In this document: piece by piece, positions 20,640-31,100 of the stretch
How positions within the stretch are numbered: the first letter of the stretch is position 1
Layout of the letters: every line of letters starts with the position of its first letter
Origin: Arcobacteraceae bacterium
Lineage (GTDB): Bacteria; Campylobacterota; Campylobacteria; Campylobacterales; Arcobacteraceae
Reading direction: 5' to 3'
Length of the DNA stretch: 64,000 nt
Assembly: GCA_965224485.1 (NCBI GenBank)
Contig: CBDCZH010000010.1
Coordinates: 352,001 to 416,000, forward strand
Translations under genes and position numbers: made by a program
Notes under the pieces: model-generated
Told to the model about the DNA's origin: nothing
Databases searched by the model: none
Seen by the model: the letters and a program-made list of their open reading frames with translations, nothing else

Positions 20640-22604
20640 ATGATTTATATTAAAAATTTTAAAGAGATAGTATTTGTTTATGCAATATTAATCTCACTAT
20701 TTCACTTTTTTATTAATATCTGGGGAGGTATTAGTGATTTATGGTTTAACTCTTCGCATTTTGCACTCTTAGCATCTTTGGGTTTTTTAACATATGAAGC
20801 AAAAGATGATGAAAATAAAGAAAATAAAAATAAAGTAAGTATTTTAAATATAATATTTGCTTTATTATCTTTAAGTACCTTTATATATATGATGGCTTTT
20901 GAAGAGAGTTTATACGCAATTGCCAATTCTCAAATGAGGATGTCTGATATTATTGTCTCTTCTATGACTATAGTTTTAGCAATTATGATGGTTAAAAAAT
21001 CTACTGGTTATATTATTCCTTTTCTTATAATCTTTTGTATCTCTTATATACTTTTTTTAGGGCAATATTTTGAAGGTTTATTTTCATTTGCTGGTATGAG
21101 TGTTGAGAGATTTTTATATAGAATGTATTATACGTCTGAGGGGTTATTTGGACCAATTGCAACAATATCTTCTACTTATGTTTTCATGTTTATTTTATTT
21201 GCAGCTTTTTTATTAAAATCAGGTGCCGGTGATTTTATCGTTGATGTAAGTTCTGCAGTTGCTGGAAAGTATACAGGGGGAACAGGACATGTAGCAGTTT
21301 TTAGCTCAGCACTTATGGGAACAATTTCAGGCTCAGCTGTTGCAAATACTGTATCAACTGGCTCAATTACTATTCCTATGATGAAAAAAGCAGGTTTTAA
21401 ACCTACCTTTGCAGCAGCAGTTGAAGCAGCTGCTTCTACAGGTGGACAAATTATGCCTCCTATTATGGGAGCAGGGGCTTTTATAATGGCTCAAATGACA
21501 CATATTCCTTTTGTTACTATTATTTCAGTATCAGTTTTACCTGCAATTTTATATTTTGCTTCAATAGCTTTTTATATTAATATTCATGCAAAAGAGCATA
21601 ATATTAAAGGAGAGGATTCAAATATTAAAATATTACCACTTTTAAGAGAAGGTTTTCATTTTATAATTCCCTTAGGTACTTTAGTAGGACTTCTAATTTA
21701 TGGTTTCTCACCAACATATTCAGCAGGAATTGCAATAATAGCAATTATTCTGTCTTCTTATTTAACTAAAAATAAAAGAATGGGATTAAAAGAAATCTTA
21801 GAAGCTTTAGCCTTAGGTAGTCAAAATATGGTAGTAACGGGTGTTTTACTAATTGCTGTTGGAATAATTGTTGGAGTTATAAATATTTCAGGTATTGGGA
21901 TTACTTTCTCACAATTAATTATGCACTGGTCTGGAAATTCACTTCTAATAGCAATTGTTTTAATAGCACTTGCTTCACTAGTTCTTGGTATGGGACTTCC
22001 TGTAACTGCTTCATATGTTGTTTTATCTGTTTTAAGTGCACCAGCTTTAGTTGGACTTATGCTAAGTCCTGAAATGGCGGCACTTGTAAATGCAGGAATA
22101 GAAATGCCAGAAGTTGCAATGTATTTACTCTCAGCTCATTTAATTATATTTTGGTTATCACAAGATTCCAATTTAACACCTCCTGTATGTCTAGCCGCTT
22201 TTGCGGCAGCTGCTATTGCTAAAACTCCACCTATGAAAACAGGTCTTATGTCTTGGAAAGTAGGAAAAGGAATGTATATAATTCCTCTTCTTTTTGCTTT
22301 TACTCCTCTTATAAATGGTACTTGGTTTGAAAGATTTGAGGTATTTACCTTTGCTTTATTTGGTATAATGTGTTTCTCAATAGTTATGGAAGGTTTTTGG
22401 GATAAAAAAATGCCAGCCTTAGAAAGATCTGTTTATGCCCTTTGTGCTATGTTATTATTAGTGCAAGATTCAGCTTTTGATATGGATAGTTATTTTGGAA
22501 TTGTTCAAAATACGCATATTCTTGGCTTTATGATATTTGCAGTATCACTTTATATGCATAAAATGTTAAAAAAAGAGGAAAAAAAATATGAAAGCATTGA
22601 TTAA
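20640..22604 (+). CDS. TAXI/TRAP fused 4TM/12TM permease (DctQM)
   Basis: GTISGSAVAN, TGSITIPMMK, EAAASTGGQIMPPIMGA, LGMGLP, TPPVCLAAFAAA. Confidence 0.93.
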   Translation: MIYIKNFKEIVFVYAILISLFHFFINIWGGISDLWFNSSHFALLASLGFLTYEAKDDENKENKNKVSILNIIFALLSLSTFIYMMAFEESLYAIANSQMRMSDIIVSSMTIVLAIMMVKKSTGYIIPFLIIFCISYILFLGQYFEGLFSFAGMSVERFLYRMYYTSEGLFGPIATISSTYVFMFILFAAFLLKSGAGDFIVDVSSAVAGKYTGGTGHVAVFSSALMGTISGSAVANTVSTGSITIPMMKKAGFKPTFAAAVEAAASTGGQIMPPIMGAGAFIMAQMTHIPFVTIISVSVLPAILYFASIAFYINIHAKEHNIKGEDSNIKILPLLREGFHFIIPLGTLVGLLIYGFSPTYSAGIAIIAIILSSYLTKNKRMGLKEILEALALGSQNMVVTGVLLIAVGIIVGVINISGIGITFSQLIMHWSGNSLLIAIVLIALASLVLGMGLPVTASYVVLSVLSAPALVGLMLSPEMAALVNAGIEMPEVAMYLLSAHLIIFWLSQDSNLTPPVCLAAFAAAAIAKTPPMKTGLMSWKVGKGMYIIPLLFAFTPLINGTWFERFEVFTFALFGIMCFSIVMEGFWDKKMPALERSVYALCAMLLLVQDSAFDMDSYFGIVQNTHILGFMIFAVSLYMHKMLKKEEKKYESID

Positions 22605-23184
22605 TACTTTAGAGTCTTGTGGGTATAAAGTAAGTTTTGTTCAAAACAAACATGAAGCCCTTTCTCTTAGTAAAACTATGATTACAAAAAATATTTCTGT
22701 AGGATTAGGTGGTTCAACTTCAGTAAAAGAGATAGGTCTTTTGGACTTTTTAGTTAACAAAGAAGATATAAAACTTTTCAATCAATATGAAAAAGGTATT
22801 TCAATGGATGAAAATACCAAAAGAAGAAGAGAAGGAATGTTAAGTGATTTGTATGTAACTAGTACAAATGCTCTTAGTCGTGATGGTTTTTTAATTAATG
22901 CTGATGGAAGTGGAAATAGAGTTGCTTCTCTTATTTTTGGACCTAAAAAGGTTTTATTGATTGTAGGAGTTAATAAAATTGTTGATACTTTAGAAGATGG
23001 ATTTAAAAGACTTATGGAAGTATCTGCTTTAAAAAATGTACAAAGAATGAATAATATAGCTCTTAGTAATAATAAAGAACCAAGACATAACTTAGATAAT
23101 ATTGCAAATAAGTTTACTTATATAAAAGCAGATGAAAAAGATAGAATAAATATTATTTTAGTAAATGAAGAATTAGGATATTAG
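22588..23184 (+). CDS. LUD-domain (lactate utilisation C-like / DUF1121) protein
   Basis: GGSTS, STNA, NADGSGNRVA, FGPKKV, GVNKIV, LGY end. Confidence 0.85.
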   Translation: MKALINTLESCGYKVSFVQNKHEALSLSKTMITKNISVGLGGSTSVKEIGLLDFLVNKEDIKLFNQYEKGISMDENTKRRREGMLSDLYVTSTNALSRDGFLINADGSGNRVASLIFGPKKVLLIVGVNKIVDTLEDGFKRLMEVSALKNVQRMNNIALSNNKEPRHNLDNIANKFTYIKADEKDRINIILVNEELGY

Positions 23185-23185
23185 A

Positions 23186-24379
23186 ATGTATGATTATTTA
23201 ATTATTGGCGCTGGTATAATAGGACTTAATATTGCAAAAAATCTAAAAGAAAGATTTCCACAAGCAAAAATAGTAGTTCTTGAGAAAGAAAAAGAAGTAG
23301 CACTTCATAGCTCTGGACGAAACTCAGGAGTTTTACATGCAGGTTTTTATTATACAGCTAATAGTTTAAAAGCGAAATTCACAAAAGAAGGCAATATTGC
23401 TTTAAAAGAGTTTTGTAAACAAAGGTCTTTAAAAGTAAATGCTTGTGAAAAAGTGGTAGTTGCTTTAAATGAAAAAGAGCTTGAGGGTTTACTTGAGCTT
23501 AAAAGAAGAGGGGATGTTAATGGAGTTTCATTAAATCTTATAAGCGAAGAAGAATTAGCCTTGTTATATCCTAATGTAAAAACATACAAAAAAGCACTTT
23601 TGTGCCCAAGTACTGCAACAATTAATCCAAAAGAAGTTACACAAGAATTTGCAAAAGTTATTAAAGAATTAGGAGTAGAACTTATTTTAGATGCAAAATA
23701 TTTAAGTAGTTCTTCTAATCTTATTAAAACTAGTAAAGGTGAATTTCTTGCTAATAAAGTAATCAATTGTGCTGGTTTATATGCTGATAAAATTGCTAAT
23801 GATTTTGGTTTTTGTAAAAATTACGTAATTATTCCTTTTAAAGGAATATATTTAAAAGATAAAAAAAATATCTCAAAACTAAAAACAAATATATATCCAG
23901 TTCCTAATTTAGATAATCCATTTTTAGGTGTTCATTATACTTTAAGTGTTGATAATGAAAGTAAAATTGGGCCAACTGCAATTCCTGCTTTATGGAGAGA
24001 AAATTATGGTGGTTTTGCAAATTTTAAATTAGATGAATTTATTCAAATTTTATATTATGAAGCAAAACTTTTTCTAAGCAATGCTTTTGGTTTTAGAACC
24101 CTTGCTTTTAGTGAAATAAAAAAATATAGAATGTCATACTTAAAAGCTTTAGCAATGCAATTAACAAAAAATATGAATCATGAAGGTTTCGATTCTTGGA
24201 GTACACCTGGAATTAGAGCTCAACTCTTAGATAAAAATAACTTAGAGTTAGTACAAGATTTTGTAGTTCAAGGTGATGAAAAATCAATTCATGTTTTAAA
24301 TGCAGTAAGTCCAGCTTTTACTTCTTCTATACCATTTGCAGCTTGGGTGGTAGAAGAATATATAATTGATAAATCTTAA
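23186..24379 (+). CDS. lhgO: L-2-hydroxyglutarate oxidase/dehydrogenase
   Basis: GAGIIG FAD motif, SGRNSGVLHAGFYY..NSLKA, IYPVP...PFLGVH, GIRAQ, HVLNAVSPAFT. Confidence 0.88.
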   Translation: MYDYLIIGAGIIGLNIAKNLKERFPQAKIVVLEKEKEVALHSSGRNSGVLHAGFYYTANSLKAKFTKEGNIALKEFCKQRSLKVNACEKVVVALNEKELEGLLELKRRGDVNGVSLNLISEEELALLYPNVKTYKKALLCPSTATINPKEVTQEFAKVIKELGVELILDAKYLSSSSNLIKTSKGEFLANKVINCAGLYADKIANDFGFCKNYVIIPFKGIYLKDKKNISKLKTNIYPVPNLDNPFLGVHYTLSVDNESKIGPTAIPALWRENYGGFANFKLDEFIQILYYEAKLFLSNAFGFRTLAFSEIKKYRMSYLKALAMQLTKNMNHEGFDSWSTPGIRAQLLDKNNLELVQDFVVQGDEKSIHVLNAVSPAFTSSIPFAAWVVEEYIIDKS

Positions 24380-24468
24380 TTTTAAAATATTGAGAATATT
24401 AAAAAAAGTAAAAATAACTTGAGCCTATATTTTATTATGTTATTATAATAAAAATTTAAAGGAATAAA

Positions 24469-24663
24469 ATGTTTGTTAAATTAAATGATAGAGTATATTT
24501 AAACTTTGCAAGAATTACTAGAACTAAAATTGATCATGTTGAAGATGGAATTAGAGTAAGGTTTTATGAAGGTCAAGATCAAGTTGCAAAATCTCAAAGA
24601 TTTGAAGATGTTAAAGCTGCTGAAAAATGGTTAAAAAAACTTTTAAAGCAAGTTAACTCATAA
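24469..24663 (+). CDS. Small hypothetical protein
   Basis: RBS AAGGA, own terminator downstream, protein-like composition. Confidence 0.75.
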   Translation: MFVKLNDRVYLNFARITRTKIDHVEDGIRVRFYEGQDQVAKSQRFEDVKAAEKWLKKLLKQVNS

Positions 24664-24673
24664 TATAAGTATA

Positions 24674-24700
24674 AATAAAAGCACTTTTAGTGCTTTTATT
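24674..24700 (+). terminator. Intrinsic terminator
   Basis: AATAAAAGCACT-ttt-AGTGCTTTTATT. Confidence 0.7.
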
Positions 24701-24775
24701 AAAAATTAAATCTTTACTTTAAAACTACCCTAACAATATTTTAGATAAAATTTCAAAAAAAATATAGGATTTTTA

Positions 24776-25696
24776 ATGGCAATTTACACATGTGGACACA
24801 CAACTCCTGATTCTGATTCAATTTGTTCAGCAATCTCTTTATCATATTTATTAAATGAAATTGGTCGTGAATCAATACCTGCACGTCAAGGTGAACTTAA
24901 TCCAGAAACGCAATTCATTCTAAATAAGTTTGGTTTTAAAGCACCTTTACTTAAAACTGAATTTAAAGGTGAAGAACTTTTTATAACTGATTATTCAGAT
25001 AAAAAACAAGCTCCTTGCGATATAGATGAAGCTATTGTGGTAGGAATTGTAGATCATCATAAACTAGGAGACATTACAACATCAGCTCCTTTAGAGTGTT
25101 GGATTAGACCAGTTGGTTGTACTAATACAATAGTTAAAGAGATGTATGATTATCATAAGGTAAAAATCCCTAAAGATATTGCAGGAATTATGATGTGTGC
25201 TATTTTAAGTGATACAGTAATTTTCAAATCACCAACTTGTACTGATATTGATATTCAAACAGTAAGAGAACTAGCAGATATTTGCGAAATTGAAGATTTC
25301 GCTGCTTTAGGTATGGAAATGTTTACAGTTAAATCACAAGTAAAAGGTGTAAGTGTAAGAGATTTAATTTTAAGAGATTACAAACCTTTTGATATGTATG
25401 GCTCACAAGTTGGAATTGGGCAATTAGAAGTTGTTGATTTAAGTATTTTTAATGATATTAAAGAAGATTTATTAAAAGATTTAGAAGTATTTAGACTTGA
25501 ACAAGGTTTGCATACAGCATGTTTATTATTAACTGATATTATGAAAGAAGGCTCAGAAGTTTTATTAGCTTCACAAAATAATGATATTTTTGAAAAAGCT
25601 TTTGATGTTAAATTAGAAGATAATAAGGTTTGGTTAGCTGGTTGTTTATCAAGAAAGAAACAAATAATTCCTTTTTTAGAACCAGCATTTAAATAA
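24776..25696 (+). CDS. ppaC: Manganese-dependent inorganic pyrophosphatase (family II, DHH)
   Basis: GH..PDSDSIC, VDHH, ILSDT, SRKKQ. Confidence 0.95.
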   Translation: MAIYTCGHTTPDSDSICSAISLSYLLNEIGRESIPARQGELNPETQFILNKFGFKAPLLKTEFKGEELFITDYSDKKQAPCDIDEAIVVGIVDHHKLGDITTSAPLECWIRPVGCTNTIVKEMYDYHKVKIPKDIAGIMMCAILSDTVIFKSPTCTDIDIQTVRELADICEIEDFAALGMEMFTVKSQVKGVSVRDLILRDYKPFDMYGSQVGIGQLEVVDLSIFNDIKEDLLKDLEVFRLEQGLHTACLLLTDIMKEGSEVLLASQNNDIFEKAFDVKLEDNKVWLAGCLSRKKQIIPFLEPAFK

Positions 25697-25747
25697 AAAT
25701 ATTAAATTAAGATTTAAAGAAGTAAATAAACTGAGCTTAAGCTCAAT

Positions 25748-26329
25748 TTATTTACAACTTGCGTCTACTTCAAAATGAAGATCTAATTCATTCCACGATT
25801 TCCCCTTATGAAAACCTCTACAAACAGCTGAAAATTGTGCCCAAGCTTTTGATGTATTAAAAGCTAAAAGATCTAGTTTCCCACTTGCTTTTAACTTAGA
25901 AGCTTCTATCTTATATGAAAATGGAATAACTTTTGTAATACCATTCATTTTAAACTCTAAATCTAAAGAATCTTTATTGATTTTTACTACTTTAACATTA
26001 ATTTTTCCTAAGTCTTTTTCAAACTTTTTAAAAAAGTTATTGATAGTATTGTTATTTCTGATTTTTGCCATGGCTGCTGGCCATTTTGCTTTTCCATTAC
26101 TTAAATCAGCACTTGTATCAAGTGAAAAAGCATCAATATCTATACTTGCATTTAAAAGTTTTCCCTTAGGAAAGTTAGAAGTTGATTTAGTAAAAGTATT
26201 TTTTGTCACAACATATGATTTATCAGCTGCCCCATAAAAAGTAAAATCGTAAGTTAAATTACAAGTATTAGCATAAAGCGAACTTGCAAGAAGAGTACTA
26301 AGCGTGAAAGTAAAAAGTGTTTTTTTCAT
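25748..26329 (-). CDS. Periplasmic YceI-like protein
   Basis: Signal peptide, ASIDIDAFSLDT, MNGITKVIPF, CRGFH.GKSW pattern. Confidence 0.6.
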   Translation of the reverse strand: MKKTLFTFTLSTLLASSLYANTCNLTYDFTFYGAADKSYVVTKNTFTKSTSNFPKGKLLNASIDIDAFSLDTSADLSNGKAKWPAAMAKIRNNNTINNFFKKFEKDLGKINVKVVKINKDSLDLEFKMNGITKVIPFSYKIEASKLKASGKLDLLAFNTSKAWAQFSAVCRGFHKGKSWNELDLHFEVDASCK

Positions 26330-26368
26330 TATATTCCTTTTATTAATTCCTTATTATACATCAATAAT

Positions 26369-26387
26369 AATAATGATAATCTTAATC
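26369..26387. promoter_or_regulatory. Putative Fur/PerR box
   Basis: AATAATGATAATCTTAATC matches 16/19 of GATAATGATAATCATTATC. Confidence 0.6.
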
Positions 26388-26458
26388 ATATATATTAATC
26401 TTTGTATTAATATTTACTTTTGTATAATTAAACTTATATATTTCTTTGAAGGAAGAAA

Positions 26459-26926
26459 ATGACACCTGCAATAAATGAACTAAAAAAATATAATATTACC
26501 TTTAAGATTTTAAAATATAAGCATGATACTTCTGTTTTAAACTATGGTTTAGAAGCAGCCTCAAAGTTAAACCTTGATGAGCAAAAAGTTTTTAAAACAT
26601 TGATTGTACTTTTGAGTACAAAAGAGTTAATTGTTGCAATAATTCCTGTAAATAAGTCTTTATGTTTCAAAAAAATAGCTCAATACTTTAAAGTTAAAAA
26701 TGCAAAAATGGCAGATAAAGACGAGGCACAAAAATCAAGTGCCTATATTTTAGGAGGAATATCTGCTTTTGGACAAAAAAAGAGACTTAGAACTGTTCTG
26801 GACCTAAGTGCTAAGAGTTTTGAGGATATTTATGTCTCAGGGGGAAGAAGAGGTTTAGACTTAGAACTAAACCCTGATGTTTTTAAAGAAGTATTAAAAG
26901 CAAATTTTGAAGATATAAGCATATAA
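26459..26926 (+). CDS. ybaK: Cys-tRNA(Pro) deacylase
   Basis: MTPAI, VFKTL, YILGGIS.FGQKK, SGGRRG. Confidence 0.92.
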   Translation: MTPAINELKKYNITFKILKYKHDTSVLNYGLEAASKLNLDEQKVFKTLIVLLSTKELIVAIIPVNKSLCFKKIAQYFKVKNAKMADKDEAQKSSAYILGGISAFGQKKRLRTVLDLSAKSFEDIYVSGGRRGLDLELNPDVFKEVLKANFEDISI

Positions 26927-28008
26927 TGGAAGCTTTTAAAAATGTTTTTAATGAAAAATTCGTAAATACTTTAGCTTCAAATATAGCCTTTTATGATGAA
27001 AGTTTTAAGAAAAAAGAGTATGTAATAGAAATACTTAAAACTCTTGAATCATTAGAGCTAAAAGATAGAATGAGATTAATATCAAGATTAATTAAGCTCT
27101 TTTCATCTTTGGATTATTTAAAACTATTAACAGTATTAATAAAAGTAAAAAAACATTTTTACGAAAAGCCTAATATTAGTTTATCTTCAATGGTTTTTCC
27201 TGATTTTGTTGAAGTTTATGGTTTGAATTATTTAAAAGAGTCCCTAAAAGCTTTAGAGCAGTTTACAATAAATTCAAGTTCAGAGTTTGCTATTCGTTGT
27301 TTTATTATAAAATATGAAAAACAAACAATGCAAAAAATGCTTACTTTTGCAAAAAATAAAAATGAACATATAAGAAGATTTGCAAGTGAAGGATGTAGAC
27401 CTAGACTTCCTTGGGCAATATCATTAAAGACTTTAAAAAAAGATCCTACTTTAATCATGCTTATTTTAGATATTTTAAAAGATGATGAAAGTTTATATGT
27501 TAGACGCTCAGTTGCTAACAATTTAAATGATATAGCAAAAGATAATAAAGAAATTGTATTTACTTTTGTTAAAAAGAATTTAAATAAAAATAAAAATCTT
27601 GATTGGCTTTGTAAACATGCTTCGAGAACCTTATTAAAAAAAGGTGAACGAGAAATACTTGATCTCTTTTCATATAAAAAAATAAAAAACTTAAAAATAA
27701 AAAACTTTAAACTCCAAAAAGAAGTAAAAGTTGATAACTTCTTGAATTTTTCTTTTGATGTTATATCAAGTGAGGTCTTGTCTTTTCTTAGAATTGAGTA
27801 TGAACTTGATTTTATGATGGCAAACAATAAAAGAAGTAAAAAAGTTTTTATGATATCTTCTTCTAAAGTAAATAATACTAATAAAATAGTAGTAAAAAAA
27901 CATAACTTTAAAAAAATAACTACAAGAAAATATTATAAAGGAATTCATTATTTAAGTATTATTATAAATGGTGAAAAAACTCTTTGTCAGAGTTTTAATC
28001 TAATATAA
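26926..28008 (+). CDS. DNA alkylation repair protein (HEAT-repeat, AlkC/YhaZ-like)
   Basis: SSEFAIR, RRFASEGCRPRLPW, YVRRSVANNLNDIAK, TTRKYY.G.H. Confidence 0.88.
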   Translation: MEAFKNVFNEKFVNTLASNIAFYDESFKKKEYVIEILKTLESLELKDRMRLISRLIKLFSSLDYLKLLTVLIKVKKHFYEKPNISLSSMVFPDFVEVYGLNYLKESLKALEQFTINSSSEFAIRCFIIKYEKQTMQKMLTFAKNKNEHIRRFASEGCRPRLPWAISLKTLKKDPTLIMLILDILKDDESLYVRRSVANNLNDIAKDNKEIVFTFVKKNLNKNKNLDWLCKHASRTLLKKGEREILDLFSYKKIKNLKIKNFKLQKEVKVDNFLNFSFDVISSEVLSFLRIEYELDFMMANNKRSKKVFMISSSKVNNTNKIVVKKHNFKKITTRKYYKGIHYLSIIINGEKTLCQSFNLI

Positions 28009-28131
28009 GTCTCAAATAATTATAAGAATTACTTATACAAAATACTTCTTTTTACTAAAGAATTTATTTTAAGCAGAAACTAATATACAAAGGACGATAA
28101 TATTGCATAAAATATTATAAAGGATTATTAA

Positions 28132-31100
28132 ATGCCTAATTCTGAAATCAATGCGCTTTGTTCGCAACTTCTTACTGCAAATGACTTAAAAATATCTAAA
28201 GAACTTTTTTTAAAATTACAAAATGATGATATAGTAACTTCTATTTTTGAAAACAATGATTTACGTTCAATTAAAATATTTTCAAAAACAAAACTTTATT
28301 TAACCCAAATTACTCCTATCTTACATGATATGGGTTTTGTTATTATTGATGAAGTTACTTATGAAATTATTCAAGATAAAATCAAAGTATATGTAAGTAG
28401 ATTCAATCTTAGTTTAGAAGATACTAAAAAAATCCAAAAAGCAAGTGAAAATATAGAGTATGTTTTATCTCAAACTCTAAAAAGTGATGTTATAAAAAAT
28501 TGTAAATTGTATACTTTAGTTTATGATGAAAATTTTTCAATTAAAAAGATTTTCTTACTAAGAGCTTTAATTGAATACTTAGATCAAGCTGCTCTAAATT
28601 TAAATAGTGTAACTATTAGCAATACCTTGAAAAAACATCATAAAATTTCTTCTTTATTTGTAAATTATTTTATGTCTAAGTTTAACCCTATGATAAAAAA
28701 TAGGAAGACCCTGCTTAGTAGTATTACTACTGAAATAGAAGATAGTATTAAACTTATTCCTGACATTATTGATGATCGAATTTTAAAAATTATGTTTGAG
28801 CTTTTAAAATCACTTTTAAGAACAAATTTTTATTTAAATAAAGAAGCAATATCTTTTAAAATTAATACAAAAGAATTTTCACAAAACTTAAAAGGTTTAC
28901 AACCAAATCTAGAGAGTTTTGTTTATCACCCAGATTTTTACGGAGTACACTTACGAATGAGTAAGATTAGTAGGGGTGGTTTGAGATGGAGTGAAAGACA
29001 TGATGATTATAGGCAAGAGATAAAATCACTTATGATTACGCAAGAAAGTAAAAACTCTATTATTATTCCAGATGGTGCCAAGGGTGGTTTTGTTATTAAC
29101 AAAGAAAGTAGCGAAATTACAAAAGAATTTTTTACTAAAATTTATTCTTTATATATAAACTCTATGCTTGATTTAGTTGATAATATGGAAGATTCAAAAG
29201 TGATCAAAAATAAAAATATAATTGCATATGATGACGATGATGCTTATTTTGTAGTTGCAGCTGATAAAGGAACAGCAGCTATGAGTGATATTGCTAATGA
29301 TATTGCAAAGAGTAGAAACTTTTGGTTAGGTGATGCTTTTGCTTCTGGTGGGTCTAATGGTTATGGACATAAAGACTTAGGAATAACAGCAAAAGGTTCA
29401 ATTGAATCAACTAAAAGATTTTTTTTGGAAGAAGGAATTGATATTTACAAAGATGAAATTTCTGTTATAGGTTTAGGTTCTATGAATGGAGATGTTTTTG
29501 GTAATGGTATGATTGAATCTGATAAATTTAAATTAATTGCAGCTATTGCACATAAAGAGATTTTTATTGATCCAAATCCTGATTTAAAAACTGCTTATAT
29601 AGAGAGAAAAAGACTTTTTAATGAAAAAGACTCTTCTTGGAAAAAATACAATAATAAACTAATTTCAAAAGGTGGGGGTATTTTTTCAAGAAAAGATAAA
29701 GAAATACTTTTAAGTTCTGAAATTAAAACTCTTTTAAATACTAATAAAAAAGTATTAAGTGGTGAAGAATTAGCAAAAAAACTTTTATGTCTAGATGTTG
29801 ATTTATTGTTTAACGCAGGTGTTGGAACTTATGTTAAAGCAAGTGAGGAAAACTCTTTAGATATAGGTGATAAACAAAACGAAGCTTTACGTATAGATGC
29901 ACAAGAGTTAAAAGCAAGAATAGTTTGTGAAGGTGGAAATTTAGGTTTTACTCAAAAAGCTAGAATAGAGTTTGCTTTAAATGGTGGAAAGATTAACTTA
30001 GATGCTATTGATAATGCAGCTGGTGTTAATACTTCAGATAGAGAAGTAAATTTAAAAATACTTTTAAATATAATTAAAAATGATGGTTTATTAACACAAG
30101 AAGAAGCAAATACTAGTTTACACTCTTTAACTTCACAAGTTGTAGAAATGGTTTTAGATAATAACTATAAGCAAGCCTTAGCTATTTCTATAGATGAGAG
30201 ATTTTCAAGACGTTATTTAAGTGACTTTTTACGTTCAATTGAGGTTTTAGAAAATAATTTATTAGCTTTTAAAAGAAGTAATTTAAATATTCCTAAAAAT
30301 GAAAGTATTAAAAATATTATTGATAAAAATGCTTCCATTGTTCGTCCTGTTTTAGGATCTCTTTTATCATCTTGTAAAATTTTAGTAAAAAATATTTTAA
30401 TGGAAAGTACTTTAATTGATGAAACTTTTGCTTTAAAATTTCTATATTCATATTTTCCAAAAACATATGCAAGCTCTTACAAAAATGAGATAAATAAACA
30501 TCCATTAAAAAGAGAAATAATAGCAACTTGTATAGCAGATTTTTTAATTAACTCTCAAGGAGTTACCTTTGTAGGTGATTATGATAAGTTAGGAGCTTTT
30601 AAATTTATTAATAAAATAAAATCTTTTATAATAGTAAACGATCTTTTTGATTCAGTAAAAATTAAAGATTTAATAGCTTTAAATGATTATAAAATTGATA
30701 TAAAAACTCAGTATAAACTTATTAATAAATTAGAATATATTATTTATGCTAGTACTAGATGGATGGTTAAATATTTAAAACAGAATCAATTAGATATAAA
30801 TCATATTTTAGATCATAAAAAAGAACTCTTTTTACTCTTAAGTTCTGTCCATAAACAAAATTTAATTGTTTATTTAGAAGGTGAAGATAAGTTTAATGAA
30901 TTTTTTTCTGTAATTGATTATCTTAGATTTGCAGTTGCTGCAATTAATGTAAAAGAGAATTCAAATCATAGTTTTAAAGATGTTGTAGTTTTATTTTATT
31001 GTTTAATTCATGAGTTTAATATCTTAGATATTATTGTTGCTTTAAATAGAGTTGATATTTTAAATAAAAGTGATATGACTTTAAGAACACAAGTATTACA

